DNA of 64,000 nucleotides, from the NCBI GenBank assembly GCA_024709505.1, contig JANJWP010000003.1, forward strand, positions 4,767 to 68,766, in the 5' to 3' direction. A program made the translations under genes and the position numbers. The notes under the pieces are model-generated. The model was not told the origin of the DNA. It made no database searches and saw only the letters and a program-made list of their open reading frames with translations. The DNA is from Candidatus Altimarinota bacterium. GTDB lineage: Bacteria > Patescibacteriota > Gracilibacteria > BD1-5 > UBA2023. Below, in pieces: positions 21,165 through 32,162 of this stretch (position 1 is the stretch's first letter; each line of letters opens with the position of its first letter).

Positions 21165-21893
21165 CTAGTTTACAATGGGGGTTTTTTCGTTGAATTTACT
21201 CTTGATTCTCGACAATTCGCCGATGTACACCATCCACTTCATGAGAAAATTCCGGTATACGTCCTTCAGTTGGTCGATAAAGTCTTTCTTGTCGCTCTTA
21301 TAGCTGTCGGCAACGTTTTGGGCAGCAAATATCCGTGCCGCCGACTTGTAGGCCGAAAGTTTTCTCGTAACGAGCGAATCGCAACTTTCCCGGTTTCCGG
21401 AAAAAATCGCCGTAGATCCGTCGGCGCTCACCGCCCCCAAGGAAGCGACGGCCTGCCCCAAAACGCTCGATGAATCACCGAGGTCGGCGCAGGTTTGGGA
21501 ATATTTTTTATGGAAAACCGCGTCTTCGCTCGTCGAATCAAACCAATTGGCGATGTCGATGTCCATGGCGACGAAATCCTTTCCCGTCCGAGCCTGCATT
21601 TCCTTGAGTTTGGCTTCGGCTTCTTTATCGGTCTTTCAAAATTCGAGGTCCAAAATGACCCGGTAGGCGACGTCTTGATCCCCTAAAACCGGTTCGGGAC
21701 AAACGTAGTCCGTAATGCTTTTGGCTCCGGCTCCTCCGGGCCTCCGAGCCTCCAGACAACGGCAAATTTCCGCGGAATACGCCCCTTTTGCGGGACACGT
21801 CCACGAATCTTCAGCGGAAACGGAAGGTCCGAAAAACACCCCGAATCCCCAGAGCGGAAGGAAGAACACGCATGCGATACTCCGCTTGGCCAT
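21165..21893 (-). CDS. Secreted hypothetical protein, 242 aa
   Basis: Track ORFs 21165..21599 and 21636..21893 are in frame through TGA 21636. Signal peptide MAKRSIACVFFLPLWGFGVFFGPSVSA. TAG stop 1 nt before the rsmA ATG. Confidence 0.65.
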
Positions 21894-21897
21894 GGAT

Positions 21898-22170
21898 TTA
21901 CCGTTTACGGAAGAATGAGGCGATCCTCGAAAAAAACGAAGGCCTTTCTTTTGGGACCCCGAACACGAGCATTTTGAGGATTTCGGAAAAAGAAACCTTC
22001 CCTTCCCGAATTTTCGCCAGGTCGATACGCTCCGGAGCCTTTGTTTTTTCTTCGTCCCTGGAAATCCCGTAAATCGACGCCACGATGCCTCATAAAATCA
22101 TGCCGGTTACGACGGCATCGACTTTCCGGATGGAACGGTGGGCGATCTTTTTGGGGATTTTGGGTTCCAC
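21898..22170 (-). CDS. Small single-pass membrane protein (about 90 aa); start uncertain
   Basis: Track ORF 21898..22083 extends upstream through TGA 22090 to GTG 22168-22170, just after the hsp20 stop. TM AVVTGMIL[G]GIVASIYGI. TAA stop. Confidence 0.45.
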
Positions 22171-22172
22171 GG

Positions 22173-22601
22173 CTACGATTCGAGCTTATTGATTTTTACC
22201 GATTTCGACGGGAACTGAAGTTTGGGAATTTCGATGACGAGAAGGTTGTTCTCCATCGTGGCACGAATCTTGTTGAATTGAAGGTTTTCCGGCAGAACGA
22301 CCGAACGGGAAAACGGTCCGAAGAAACATTCTTCCACCAAAACCCTCCCCGCTTCGGCATAAAAATCGGGGCGGAGACGTTCGCCGGCAATGGTAAGGAC
22401 GTTTCGGGAAACCGAGACGTCAACCGCATCAATGGCCATGCCCGCGAGCGGCGCGACGATAACAATCGCTCCGTCCTGATCAAGCACGTCGAGGGCGACT
22501 TGTCCGACGTCCTCTTCCACGCCCTCGCCTTCGTGGTCGTGGTGAACGTCGATTTCCCCGGAATCCTGATCGTGATGGCCGATGTTGAAAAGTTTGAACA
22601 T
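22173..22601 (-). CDS. Small heat-shock protein (Hsp20/alpha-crystallin family)
   Basis: ATG at 22601 (MFKLFNIG...). Alpha-crystallin core APLAGMAIDAVDVSVSRNVLTIAGER...GPFSRSVVLPENL...NNLLVIEIPK. TAG stop. Confidence 0.85.
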   Translation of the reverse strand: MFKLFNIGHHDQDSGEIDVHHDHEGEGVEEDVGQVALDVLDQDGAIVIVAPLAGMAIDAVDVSVSRNVLTIAGERLRPDFYAEAGRVLVEECFFGPFSRSVVLPENLQFNKIRATMENNLLVIEIPKLQFPSKSVKINKLES

Positions 22602-22764
22602 AGGGATTGCGCGTGAAAAAACCGAGAAGAATGGTATGCGTTCTGCCGCGTTTTGCAAATTTTTCAGCGGTATGGTAGACTGGGAAAAACCGCTTCAAAT
22701 TCAAAAAAACCGAACCTTGAACCTCCAAGCGCCAGAGAATCACGAATCGACTGCCGAAACGCGA

Positions 22765-23973
22765 ATGCCCATCATGGAAAAGGTCTCGGGGATTTTTTCG
22801 AAACCGGCGTTCGTAAAAAAATCGGGGTTTCGCTTCCCCTCGATAAAAAACGGGGATTCCGGAAAAATACGGCTTTCCCGTAAAGAGAAGATATTCTTCC
22901 TCGACGCGTTCGGTTCGCTCGTAAACGCGGGGATTCCCATTATCCGGTCGCTCCAAATCATCTACTTCCAATCGCAAAACCCCCGTCTCCAAAAGATCGC
23001 GCTCTTTTTAAAAAGAGAGATCGAGGCGGGCGGAAACATCGCGAAAACGGCGTCGGCCATTCCGGAGGTATTTTCGTCTTTCGACGTGGCCATGTTCGAA
23101 ATGGGAGAGGCGACGGGAAAAATCTGAGGAGCGCTCGAAATCGTCACGGAACGCGAAGAGAAGGGATTGGAACTGTCACGGAAAGTTCGTCAAGCCCTCA
23201 TATATCCGGCAGCCATCGCCGTCATCGCGACGGGGATGATCGCGGTCATCATGACCTACGTCGTACCGAAAATCGAAGGCATTTACCGTGAGGCGAACGC
23301 CAATCTCCCAGCCCTCACGACCGCCGTCATCGCGACGAGCCGTTTCCTGCGGGATTACGGCACGGGAGTGCTCGTCGTTTTGTTTTTGGCGGGCACGGGC
23401 TTTCTCGTGGCTCTAAAAAACCCCCTCGTTCGGATGCGTTTCGACGAGGCGGTATTGCGCGTTCCGGTTTTCGGGGGAATCATGCGGAAGAAAATCCTCG
23501 TTTCCTACTGCGAATTCCTCTCCTCGCTCCTTTCAAGCGGCATCGTCATAAACCGGGCGTTGGCAATCGTACGGAACGGGCTCGGAAATCGGTACTACGA
23601 AGCAATGCTCGATTCCATGCTCGAAGACGTAAAAACCGGGCGTCCACTTTCTTCGAGCATGGGGGGCGAATATACGGAACGCAAAATCCGTGGAGAGGCC
23701 ATGGGAGCCGAAGAGGAGCGGGCGTTCAAGAAGAAGATCGAATGTTTTCCCATCGAACTTTCCACCGCGGTAAAAGTCGGCGAACAAACGGGGACGCTCG
23801 CCGGAATGCTCGGAAAATCGGCCAAACGCTACGGACGCGAGATTGACGCGCTCGTAAAAAACCTCTCCAGCATGCTCGAACCCGTCGTCATCGTGGGGGT
23901 CGGAGGCATCGTCGGCACGATCGTGCTCGCCATCATGCTCCCGTTTTTCAACATGGCGAACGTCGTTCGATAG
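22765..23973 (+). CDS. pilC: Type II secretion / type IV pilus platform protein (GspF/PilC family)
   Basis: Track ORFs 22582..23127 (from ATG 22765) and 23167..23973 are in frame through TGA 23125. Two GspF repeats (FEMGEATGKI[G]GAL..., VKVGEQTGTLAGML) and 3 TM segments. TAG stop. Confidence 0.88.
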
Positions 23974-24000
23974 GGCGACGGAGCGGGCGAATTTCAGGAA

Positions 24001-25083
24001 TTATTCCCCCTTCCCTGCCGCCTGTTCCAAAAGTTGCGTCTGATCGGCAATCGAAAGCGCTTCGACGATATGGCCAAGTTTCCCCATCATCACGACGGGA
24101 ATGTTCGAAAAATTTTCTCCGATCCGGTGGTCGGTAATGCGGTCCTGCGGAAAATTGTAGGTGCGGATTTTTTCAGCCCGTTCGCCCGTTCCAACCTGCG
24201 AAAGACGATTGGCGCCGAGTTCGTTCGCCCGTTTCTCTTCTTCGATGGCATAGAGGCGGGCCCGAAGGATTTCGAGGGCTTTGGTCTTATTTTGGAGTTG
24301 GGAACGTTCGTCCTGGCATTCCACCGCGAGTCCCGAAGGTTTGTGGAAAACCCGAATGGCCGAAGATGTCTTGTTGACCTTTTGACCTCCGGCTCAGGAA
24401 GCTCGACAGGCCGTGATTTCAATGTCGTCGTCACGGATTTCCACGTCGAGGGCTTCAGCCTCGGGGAGCACGGCCACGGTCACGGTGGAAGTATGGACGC
24501 GCCCCTTCGCCTCGGTTTCGGGAATGCGCTGGACGCGATGGGTTCCGCCTTCGTATTTGAACTTCGAATACGCTCCGGAACCGGAAATTTTCATGATGAT
24601 TTCCTTCAGCCCCCCGACCTCGCTCGCGTTTTCGTCGAGAATTTCGAGGCCAAAACCTTGTTCGCGGGCGAAGTTCATGTAGGCGTTCGCGAGTTCGCGG
24701 GCGAAAAGCGCGGCTTCGTCGCCTCCCGCTCCTGCCCGGACTTCCAAAATGATGTTTTTGTCATCGTTCGGATCCTTGGGAAGGAGTTCGATCTTCAATT
24801 CTTCTTCGAGAACCGGAATCTTTTCTTCGGATTCGGAGAGCTGCTCCTTGGCCATCATGATCATCTCAGGATCTTTTTCGGTTGCGAGAATTTGTTTCGC
24901 CTCCTCTAAGTTGGCCCAAACGGTTCTGTATTGTCCATAGAGTTCAACCGTGCGTTCGAGGGATTTTTTTCGCCGCATGACCTTCTTGAGGCGTCCGGGA
25001 TCGCTAAAAATGGAGGCGTCAGTGGAAAGTTCGTTTTCGATCGAGCGGTACTCGTCAACGATGGCGTCAAGATTGAATTTCAT
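24001..25083 (-). CDS. prfA: Peptide chain release factor 1
   Basis: ATG at 25083. RF1-type tripeptide region [16 protein letters not shown] (PxT, not SPF). GGQ loop RAS[UGA=G][12 protein letters not shown], with the UGA at 24394-24396. TAA stop. Confidence 0.93.
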
Positions 25084-25225
25084 ATCAGAAAATGGCTTTG
25101 TATCGACTTCTAATAGGCCTTGGAACGTGGCGGATTGTACGCGAAAGGATGCTTTAGTCCAATTGTTTGACTTTCGAAGGTTTTTTATTAACCTCTCGAA
25201 CGCTCTCCGAAAAGGAAGCGTCCGC

Positions 25226-25312
25226 GCCCCGATGGCGGAATTGGTAGACGCGAGGGACTCAAAATCCCTTTTCGGCAACGGAGTGCGGGTTCGATTCCCG
25301 CTTGGGGCACCA
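25226..25312 (+). tRNA. tRNA-Leu (anticodon CAA), CCA encoded
   Basis: GCCCCGA/TG/GCG/GAATTGGTAGA/CGC/G/AGGGA/CTCAAAA/TCCCT/long variable arm TTTCGGCAACGGAGT/GCGGG/TTCGATT/CCCGC/TTGGGGC/A/CCA. 87 nt. Confidence 0.92.
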
Positions 25313-25345
25313 TGAAGGAAGATTCGGGTTGACCAGCCCAAGCCC

Positions 25346-25436
25346 GGAGAGGTGGCAGAGTGGTCGAATGCGCCAGACTCGAAATCTGGTATACCGGTCT
25401 CCGGTATCGGGGGTTCGAATCCCCCCTTCTCCGCCA
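25346..25436 (+). tRNA. tRNA-Ser (anticodon CGA), CCA encoded
   Basis: GGAGAGG...CCAGA/CTCGAAA/TCTGG/long variable arm/GGGGG/TTCGAAT/CCCCC/CTTCTCC/G/CCA. 91 nt. Confidence 0.92.
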
Positions 25437-25447
25437 GTAAAAATAAA

Positions 25448-25479
25448 CCGTCCGTCCGCAAGGGTGGGCGGGTTTTTTT
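25448..25479 (+). terminator. Intrinsic terminator after the tRNA pair
   Basis: GC-rich hairpin CCGTCCGTCCGC-AAGG-GTGGGCGGG followed by TTTTTTT. Confidence 0.7.
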
Positions 25480-25780
25480 GCCATCGACGACAGGAATTCG
25501 AACGAAGGCCGCATTCGACGACGAATCGTCAAGTGGAAATGGCCGTCCTGCCTTGAAAACGGGGCGGCTTTTGCTATCCTTGAAGGGCATTTTCCCCTTG
25601 CGTGCATCTGGTCCAGATTTTTTCTCTACAATCACACGCTCCTTGGGTTCGAGCGGAGAGGGACGGAAGCGTTCCGATCCCCGTCGGCCAACACGTGCAG
25701 AAGGCTCCGGCTTTCGAATCGAATACTGCAAAAAAGGGACACAAAAGAGGATCACAACGATCGGGACAATGTTCGAATTT

Positions 25781-25808
25781 CCCCCTTCCCCACCGGAAGG
25801 GGGTTTTT
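25781..25808 (+). terminator. Terminator-like hairpin closing an unannotated ~300-nt stretch
   Basis: CCCCCTT-CCCCACCGG-AAGGGGG followed by TTTTT. Confidence 0.5.
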
Positions 25809-25844
25809 CGTTACCGAAGACCTCCGCTCCGGAGGGTCTGGGAT

Positions 25845-25873
25845 TTGTCAAATGCCGGAAAAAATGGTATTAT
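25845..25873 (+). promoter_or_regulatory. Candidate promoter for the 1574-aa ORF
   Basis: TTGTCA (25845-25850), 17-nt spacer, TATTAT (25868-25873), 30 nt upstream of ATG 25903. Confidence 0.5.
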
Positions 25874-25902
25874 CGGGCGGAAAACGTCCTTTTTCTCAAA
25901 AT

Positions 25903-28900
25903 ATGACCCCAAAGCGACCCAGCGAAAATGCGGAAGCCCAGCAAATCGGCGAAGGACAATCCTGATTGCTCGACGCCGCGGTCCGCGACTTCGTAGAAAC
26001 CCGATTCAACGATGACGGGCAAAGTTTTTACGAGCGCTTCAACGCGAACATCCCGCTCTTGGGCGATTTCGTCGCTTTTCTCAAAACCAAGCCCGGATAC
26101 AAGCACATCCTCCTTGCCATCGGCGAAATCGGAAAGAAGGGCGGCGACGCGCTGTACCAAGTGCTCAAAACCCCCAAAGGCTCGGGGAATTTAAAGGGGA
26201 ATTTCCTGGTTCTTCGCGAAAGCGTCGAAAAAAACGATAACTCGCTTTTCGCCTCGGAAATCCGCCGGGTCGCTTTCAGTTTGGAAAATCTTCGAAAGGA
26301 AGCTTCGGAACGCTTCGCTTTGGAATACGACTTCTCTTCCTTGCCGAACGCACGGGAAAAATCCGGGGATTTGGAGCGACGGATGGGGCGAATGAGCGTC
26401 CGGGAACTCTCAGAACTCGTGGCCTCTCCCGTGGCACGGTTCGAACTTCTCGAAGGAGTGCTGCGAAAAAATCCGGAATTCTACCGAAAAGATTGGCAAG
26501 CCTACCTCGACGCCCTCCAGTCCGAGACCGGATTGAGCGAAAAAGACCGGGCAAGACTTACGAAACACCTCGAAAACGCCGACTGGATTTCCAACGTCGA
26601 AAACGCGAAAAACGCCTTTAGAACGGGGAACGTGAGCCAAGACGAAATCCGGACGATCATCGGACTCATCGCCTCCCCCAAGGCAAAGCGCGCGCTTTTG
26701 CGAGCGGTCATGCCGAAAATTTCACTCGGCGAGCTCGTGCGGATGAAGATCATCGGAAAGTCCGAAGCCGAAAGCCACGTCGAAAACTTCGTGCGGGATT
26801 CTTGGGAAAAACGAAGCTCCGAGGTATCCGCTTCTTTGATTCGGGATGCCGAAATGCGGGCGGCGGATTCCAAAGAAGAAAACGCCGCGGCCGCGCGCGA
26901 CCGGATATTGAAGGACATCGTCCGATCCCTCGATCCGAACGCCGTGTTCGTCCAAACGGGCGAACTCTCCGACGAAGCGGTGGACGTCGCGCTCAAAAAA
27001 TCGAACGTCGCCGCGCTTTTGGAAGAAAAGGTCGCTGCGGGCATGGAAGAACTAAAAAACGCCCTCGACCCCGAAAAATCGCTTGAAGCCGACCGCAACG
27101 GTTCTTTCGCCGTCGCCTTCGCGAACAAGATCGTTTCGGAATTCTCGGGACACGAAAACGAAACGAAAAACATCGCCGGAGTCGGGATTTTCATGGACAG
27201 CGCGAAAAATCCGTCCGGTGGAGAAGCCATTCTCGAGGGAACTTTGCAAGAAACGCCAGGGAGTCAAGCGGCGAAAATCCGGGTAAAAATCCTCGAATGG
27301 AAAGAACGCTCAAACCCGGGAGAGCGAAAGATGCGCGTAGCGTTTCTCGACGAATACGGAGCCATGGCACGGGAAGACGAGCTCTCCTACGAAGAATTTT
27401 ACCGCTTGGTTCACCGTCTGGAAAACCGGGCGTTCTACGACGGCGAATCGATGGGGCGGAAAATTCGCATCGAAGACGCCGGAACCAAACGGAAGGTCGC
27501 CGAAATGGAAACCGCCGCAAGCGATGAGGAGCGCGAGGAAATCGCGGCCCAAATATCCGCTCCGGAAATCCGAGATTTGAGCGAACTCATCGAAATGTTC
27601 GACGATCTCGACCCGAACGGAACGTCCCATGGATTCAAAGCCGGAATGTCGGTCATTTTTTCCAAACCGGAATCCAAGGAATACAACGTGGTAACCGTCG
27701 AGTCCGTGGACGAAGGAGCGAAAACCCTCACCGTCGTCGATACCCAAAGCGAAAACAACCGACGGTCAACCGTATCGTTTTCGCAATTCTATTCGTTCGC
27801 GAGACTCTTTGGAGCGGCTCGTTCCGCGGGCATCAACTCGGCAAGAAAATTCCTCGATGCCATGAACGCCTCCCTCATGAAGGGGTATTTCGAAGACCTT
27901 TCGGTCGAAGACGGCGAAGGCGGAATGAAAAATTTCGTCCCGAAAAACAAACGCGGGCAAAACGGCTACGAGGGCGTAAGGGTCCTCTATAAGCCGGACG
28001 GAAAAGCCATTCAAATCGGGGCGATGGAAGAAGGGCGCGTCGAAATCCGCATGCTCGAATCGTTCGATCCCGGAAACCAGAAGGAGGGCGTAAAGCCGAA
28101 GGGCGAATTTTCGGGCCCGTTCCAGTGGTACGGATACGAAACCCTCTACATGCTGACAAGGAAACACGGCCTCGGCCCCTACGAAGGCGTCGCCGAAGAA
28201 ATCCAGATCAAAGAGCCCGAATTCGAATCGAAGGGCACGTTGAAGAAATTTCTCAACCGTCCGAGTTTCCACGACTTCCTCCACGGACTTTGAGAGATTC
28301 CGAAATTCATAAAAAAGAAGCTCGAACATTCAAGCCACCACCACGCCGCGCACGTCACCCTCGCGATTGCCGAAAAAATTCCGGGATTCCCTTCGGATTG
28401 GCTCGTAGACCTGCAAATGGAAATCCACAACGAGGACAAGGCGACGCTCGGAAAGGAGGTTGACCGACTCAATTCGTTTTCTTCGCCCAAGCGGCACGAA
28501 CAGGCATTGCGTTACTTGAAAAACGCCGGGTCGCACGACTACGAAATCATCGCCGCCGCGCTTTCGCTTTTGGAAAAACACGGGAACCTCTATCCGGGGG
28601 TTTTGGCGAAATACGAAAAAGATTGGCTCTTTTACGCCCGCATGCCGGGAACGATGGAAGAAAAGAAAAAATTCCTTCAATCCAAACGCTTTGAGCCGGA
28701 CGGAAAGGAACGCGAAGTGAAGGAACCGGAAATCATCATGCTCTGGCTCCAAGAGCTTTCGAAGCGTTCGCACCACCCCATCAGCCCGTACTACTGGCTC
28801 GAAGTGAAGAAGCGCTGGTACGCCGGAGCGACCGGAGAATACGAAATGGGCGGAAAGGAGGCGAAAACTAAGGAGTCCCTCCTCGAGCGGGCCAATTATG

Positions 28901-30627
28901 CGATAGGCAAATTCAAAGGAAAGGAATACGCCCACGGGGTCGGTGCCATGGAAGAAATCTGGAACAAACCCAACGGACTCTGAATGGGCGTCGCGGAGCG
29001 CATGCGGGTTCCGTTCGTTTTGGCGATGAGTAACGTCCGAAAACACCTCCATTCGGATCTCGCGCAGAAATTCACGGAAATGTTCGATGACGGGCATACC
29101 TATCCGCCGCTTTTGTTCATTCAGCAAGCCGATCGGCAAGACATTTTCCGAAAGGTGATCAAACACCTCTCGAATCAGTGAGGAGCCGAAATGTCGGCGG
29201 CTTTCTCGAAAATCGAGAAGCTCATGTTCGAGCCTTCGGTATCGCTCAAAGAAAAATCCAACGACGAGCTCCTCATTCTCGAATTGGACGCGTTTTGGAA
29301 GAAATACGGCGACAAGCTCTCGAAAAAACTTCTCGTTTCGGTCGAGGATCCGCAAATCCTTCTCGAAAAAGAGAATTATCCGGAATTCGCCGAATACCTC
29401 GAAATCGTCGGGGGCGGCTGCGGAAATACGAAGTTCGACGGGACCGAAATCAACTGTGGAACCTACGAAGTCGGTTCGGCCAACTGGTCGCTTGCAGCAC
29501 CGGGAACCTTCGTGAGGCAGTTCAAGGTCCAAGCTGGCCATGGCGCGCTCAATTCCGAATTGGAACAATACCTTTTCGGCACGTTCAAACAGAGTCTCAA
29601 CAAGATTCGCGAAACCAAGTACGACGATGATGCGAACCGTGACCGCGAAATTAAGAAACGGCTTTTTCGCGAGTACCACCTGAACTTCGAACAGTACATC
29701 CATACGCGCCTCGGCTCCGATAAATTGGCCGAAGACCCCAACCGTCGGGGTTCGCCGAAATTCGCGAACGAGCCGTACATGCGCCAACTTACGGACGAAT
29801 TCGGATTTACCGCGAAAATTCCGGACGAAGCGGTGTTCGAAGGAACCAAATACGAAGCTTGGCTCGAATCGGACTTCAACCGTTTCCTATCGATAAAATC
29901 CGCGAAAAAATTCGGGAACGAAGTCGCTACGAACGTTGACGGAATCATCGACCGAAACCTTTTCGACGATGACGACGATGAGGAGGGTGGCGACGGTGAG
30001 GAGGGTGGATGAACCGATAACCGTCCGGAATCCGTTTCCGAACTGGAAGCGGCGGAGACAAACCGCGTGGCGGAAAATCCGGAAGCGCGGGAGACATCAG
30101 GAAGTTCGAACGGAGGCGGAAGTTCGAATCATCTTCCGGAAGAGGAAGAAAGCATTCAAGCCGAAAACGAAGGACCGAGGGAAACCTTTAGAAACCACTA
30201 CTCGCCCATCGTTGACCGAATTGTCGCTCGATTTGGAAAATTGCCCTCCGAGTATGCCAAAGGACGGTCGAAAGACATGAAAAAGGCATTGAAAAAGGCT
30301 GGGGTTTCCATTCCGACCGACATTGCCAACACGGAATGGGCGCTCTCAAAAATCGTCGAGCGGTTCTTGGAGCTCGAGCTTTCGGATTTTTTCGGAGCGG
30401 AAGTCGGAGAAGGATTCGTAGGAAGCGAATATCTCCGCTACGATGACGTCCATGCCAGAATTGGTTCGGAGATTCTTGCGGCGTTTCGCCGCGGGGAAAC
30501 CGTGAATTTCGATCACGTATGAAACGACGCTTCGAGAATCTACCTCCACCTCCTTTTGCGTGACGGAATGACCTGGAAACCCGAAGATCTTCGAAACATA
30601 GGAAAGATTTTCTTGGATGCCGCCTAG
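25903..30627 (+). CDS. Giant hypothetical protein, 1574 aa, 6 sense UGA
   Basis: Track ORFs 25966..28293, 28417..28983, 28984..29181, 29191..30012 and 30067..30522 all share one frame, with no TAA/TAG between them. TGA at 25963, 28291, 28981, 29179, 30010 and 30520. First true stop is TAG 30625-30627. Start ATG 25903 was chosen because earlier ATGs lie inside the promoter. No family recognised; there is an acidic DDDDDEEGGDGEEGG tract. Confidence 0.7.
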
Positions 30628-30662
30628 AAAACGATCCGAACTCAAAGGTCTTTTAACATAAG

Positions 30663-30689
30663 AATCCGCCTTACTCCGGGCGGATTTTT
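30663..30689 (+). terminator. Intrinsic terminator after the giant ORF
   Basis: AATCCGCC-TTACTCCG-GGCGGATT followed by TTT. The loop contains the TAA stop of the convergent DUF167 gene. Confidence 0.6.
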
Positions 30690-30937
30690 ATGAGCTTGAA
30701 GGAATCCCCCGCACCGCTTACGATTTCGAACCGATCTTTTCGGAAACCCGTGACCTCGGAAAGATGGGAAATGATTTCGGCGTTCGCTTTGCCTTTTTCG
30801 GGAACTGCGGACACGCGGATTTTCCACGTTCCGTCATCCATCCGGGAAAATATTTCGGTTTTCGGCTGCTTTGGAACGGCCTTGAATCGGACGTACCGCG
30901 GAAGATCGGAAAGCTCTGACAAGAAGGAATCGTTCAT
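30671..30937 (-). CDS. DUF167 (YggU/UPF0235) family protein
   Basis: 88 aa. The pattern ...KIRVSAVPEKGKANAEIISHLSEVTGFRKDRFEIVSGAGDSFKLIKI is typical of DUF167. TAA stop. Confidence 0.7.
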   Translation of the reverse strand: MNDSFLSELSDLPRYVRFKAVPKQPKTEIFSRMDDGTWKIRVSAVPEKGKANAEIISHLSEVTGFRKDRFEIVSGAGDSFKLIKIRPE

Positions 30938-31034
30938 TTGGGAATCGGCATTTTACCCGTATACTGAAAGCCATTCTATCCGGAATTCCGCAAAAGCCGA
31001 AAGGCGGACGGAACGTTTTCAACCAAAAGATCCC

Positions 31035-32162
31035 ATGAAGATAGGAATCGACTGCCGAATGTACGGATCCCGTTTCACCGGAATTGGGATTTATGTGGAA
31101 CGGCTCGTGGAATACCTGGCCAAGCACGACCACGAAAACGAATACGTCCTCTTTCTCTCGAAGTCCGGAATGTCCGATTGCGAAGTGAGCCTCCCGAATT
31201 TCAAAAAGGTCGAAACGAATGCCCGCCACTATTCGTTTGCCGAGCAAGTCGTATTTCCCCTTCAGATCGCTCGAGAAAAGCTCGACCTGATGCACTTCAC
31301 CCATTTCAACGCGCCCCTCGCCTACCGGGGAAAATCGGTCGTCACCATTCATGATCTCACCCTCTCGTTTTATCCGGGACGGAAAATGACGAGCAGTTTC
31401 CACCGGTTCGGTTATTCGACGACCATCGGGTCCATAGCCAAGCGGGCGGAGAAAATCTTTTCGGTCAGCGAACACACCAAAAAGGATCTCGTCGAAATTC
31501 TCGACGTCGATGAAAACAAGATCGTCACCATTCATAACGGAGTAAGCGCCGAACGGTTTTCCGCCGACATTCCGGCGGAAACGGTTGAAAAAACCAAACG
31601 GGGGCTTGGCATTGAAGGAAGGTACCTTCTTTATACCGGAGTTTTTCGCGAACATAAAAATCTCGTCCGGCTCGTGGAAGCTTTCGGACAAATTGCGGAA
31701 AAATATCCGGACGTTGATCTCGTCCTTGCGGGAAAAGAAGATCCCGGATACCGCGACGTAAGGGATGCCATCGTCCGGCTTTCGCTCTCGGGAAGGGTTC
31801 GCTTGCCGGGATTCATAGACAACCGCGAAATCGTTGCGCTCTACAAAGGAGCTGAGGCTTACGTGTTTCCTTCGCTCTACGAAGGATTCTGACTCCCGGT
31901 ATTGGAAGCGATGGCGGCGGGAGTCAGCGTCCTCTGCTCGAAGGGATCGAGCCTTTCGGAGGTCGCCGGAGAAGGGAACGCGCTTTTTTTCGATCCGCTT
32001 CGGGTAGACGACATGGCACGAGCGCTCGACGAATTCCTGAAAAATCCCGAAAAAAAGGCCACGCTCGTGGAACGCGGCAGAAAGTGGGTCAAACGGTTTT
32101 CTTGGGATTCGATGGGAGCCTCGATTCTTGAGGAATACCAGAAACTCGATACGAAGAATTAA
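31035..32162 (+). CDS. Glycosyltransferase family 4 (GT-B, RfaB-like)
   Basis: ATG at 31035 inside track ORF 30690..31892, in frame with 31902..32162 through TGA 31890. Signature FPSLYEGF[UGA=G]LPVLEAMAAGVSVL. TAA stop. Confidence 0.88.

Noticed and set aside
24394-25851. The N-terminal 250 aa of track ORF 24394..25851, and ORFs 25188..25607 and 25352..25906.
   Set aside because: They run straight through two tRNA genes and their terminator. The real prfA start is ATG 25083 ([12 protein letters not shown]...).
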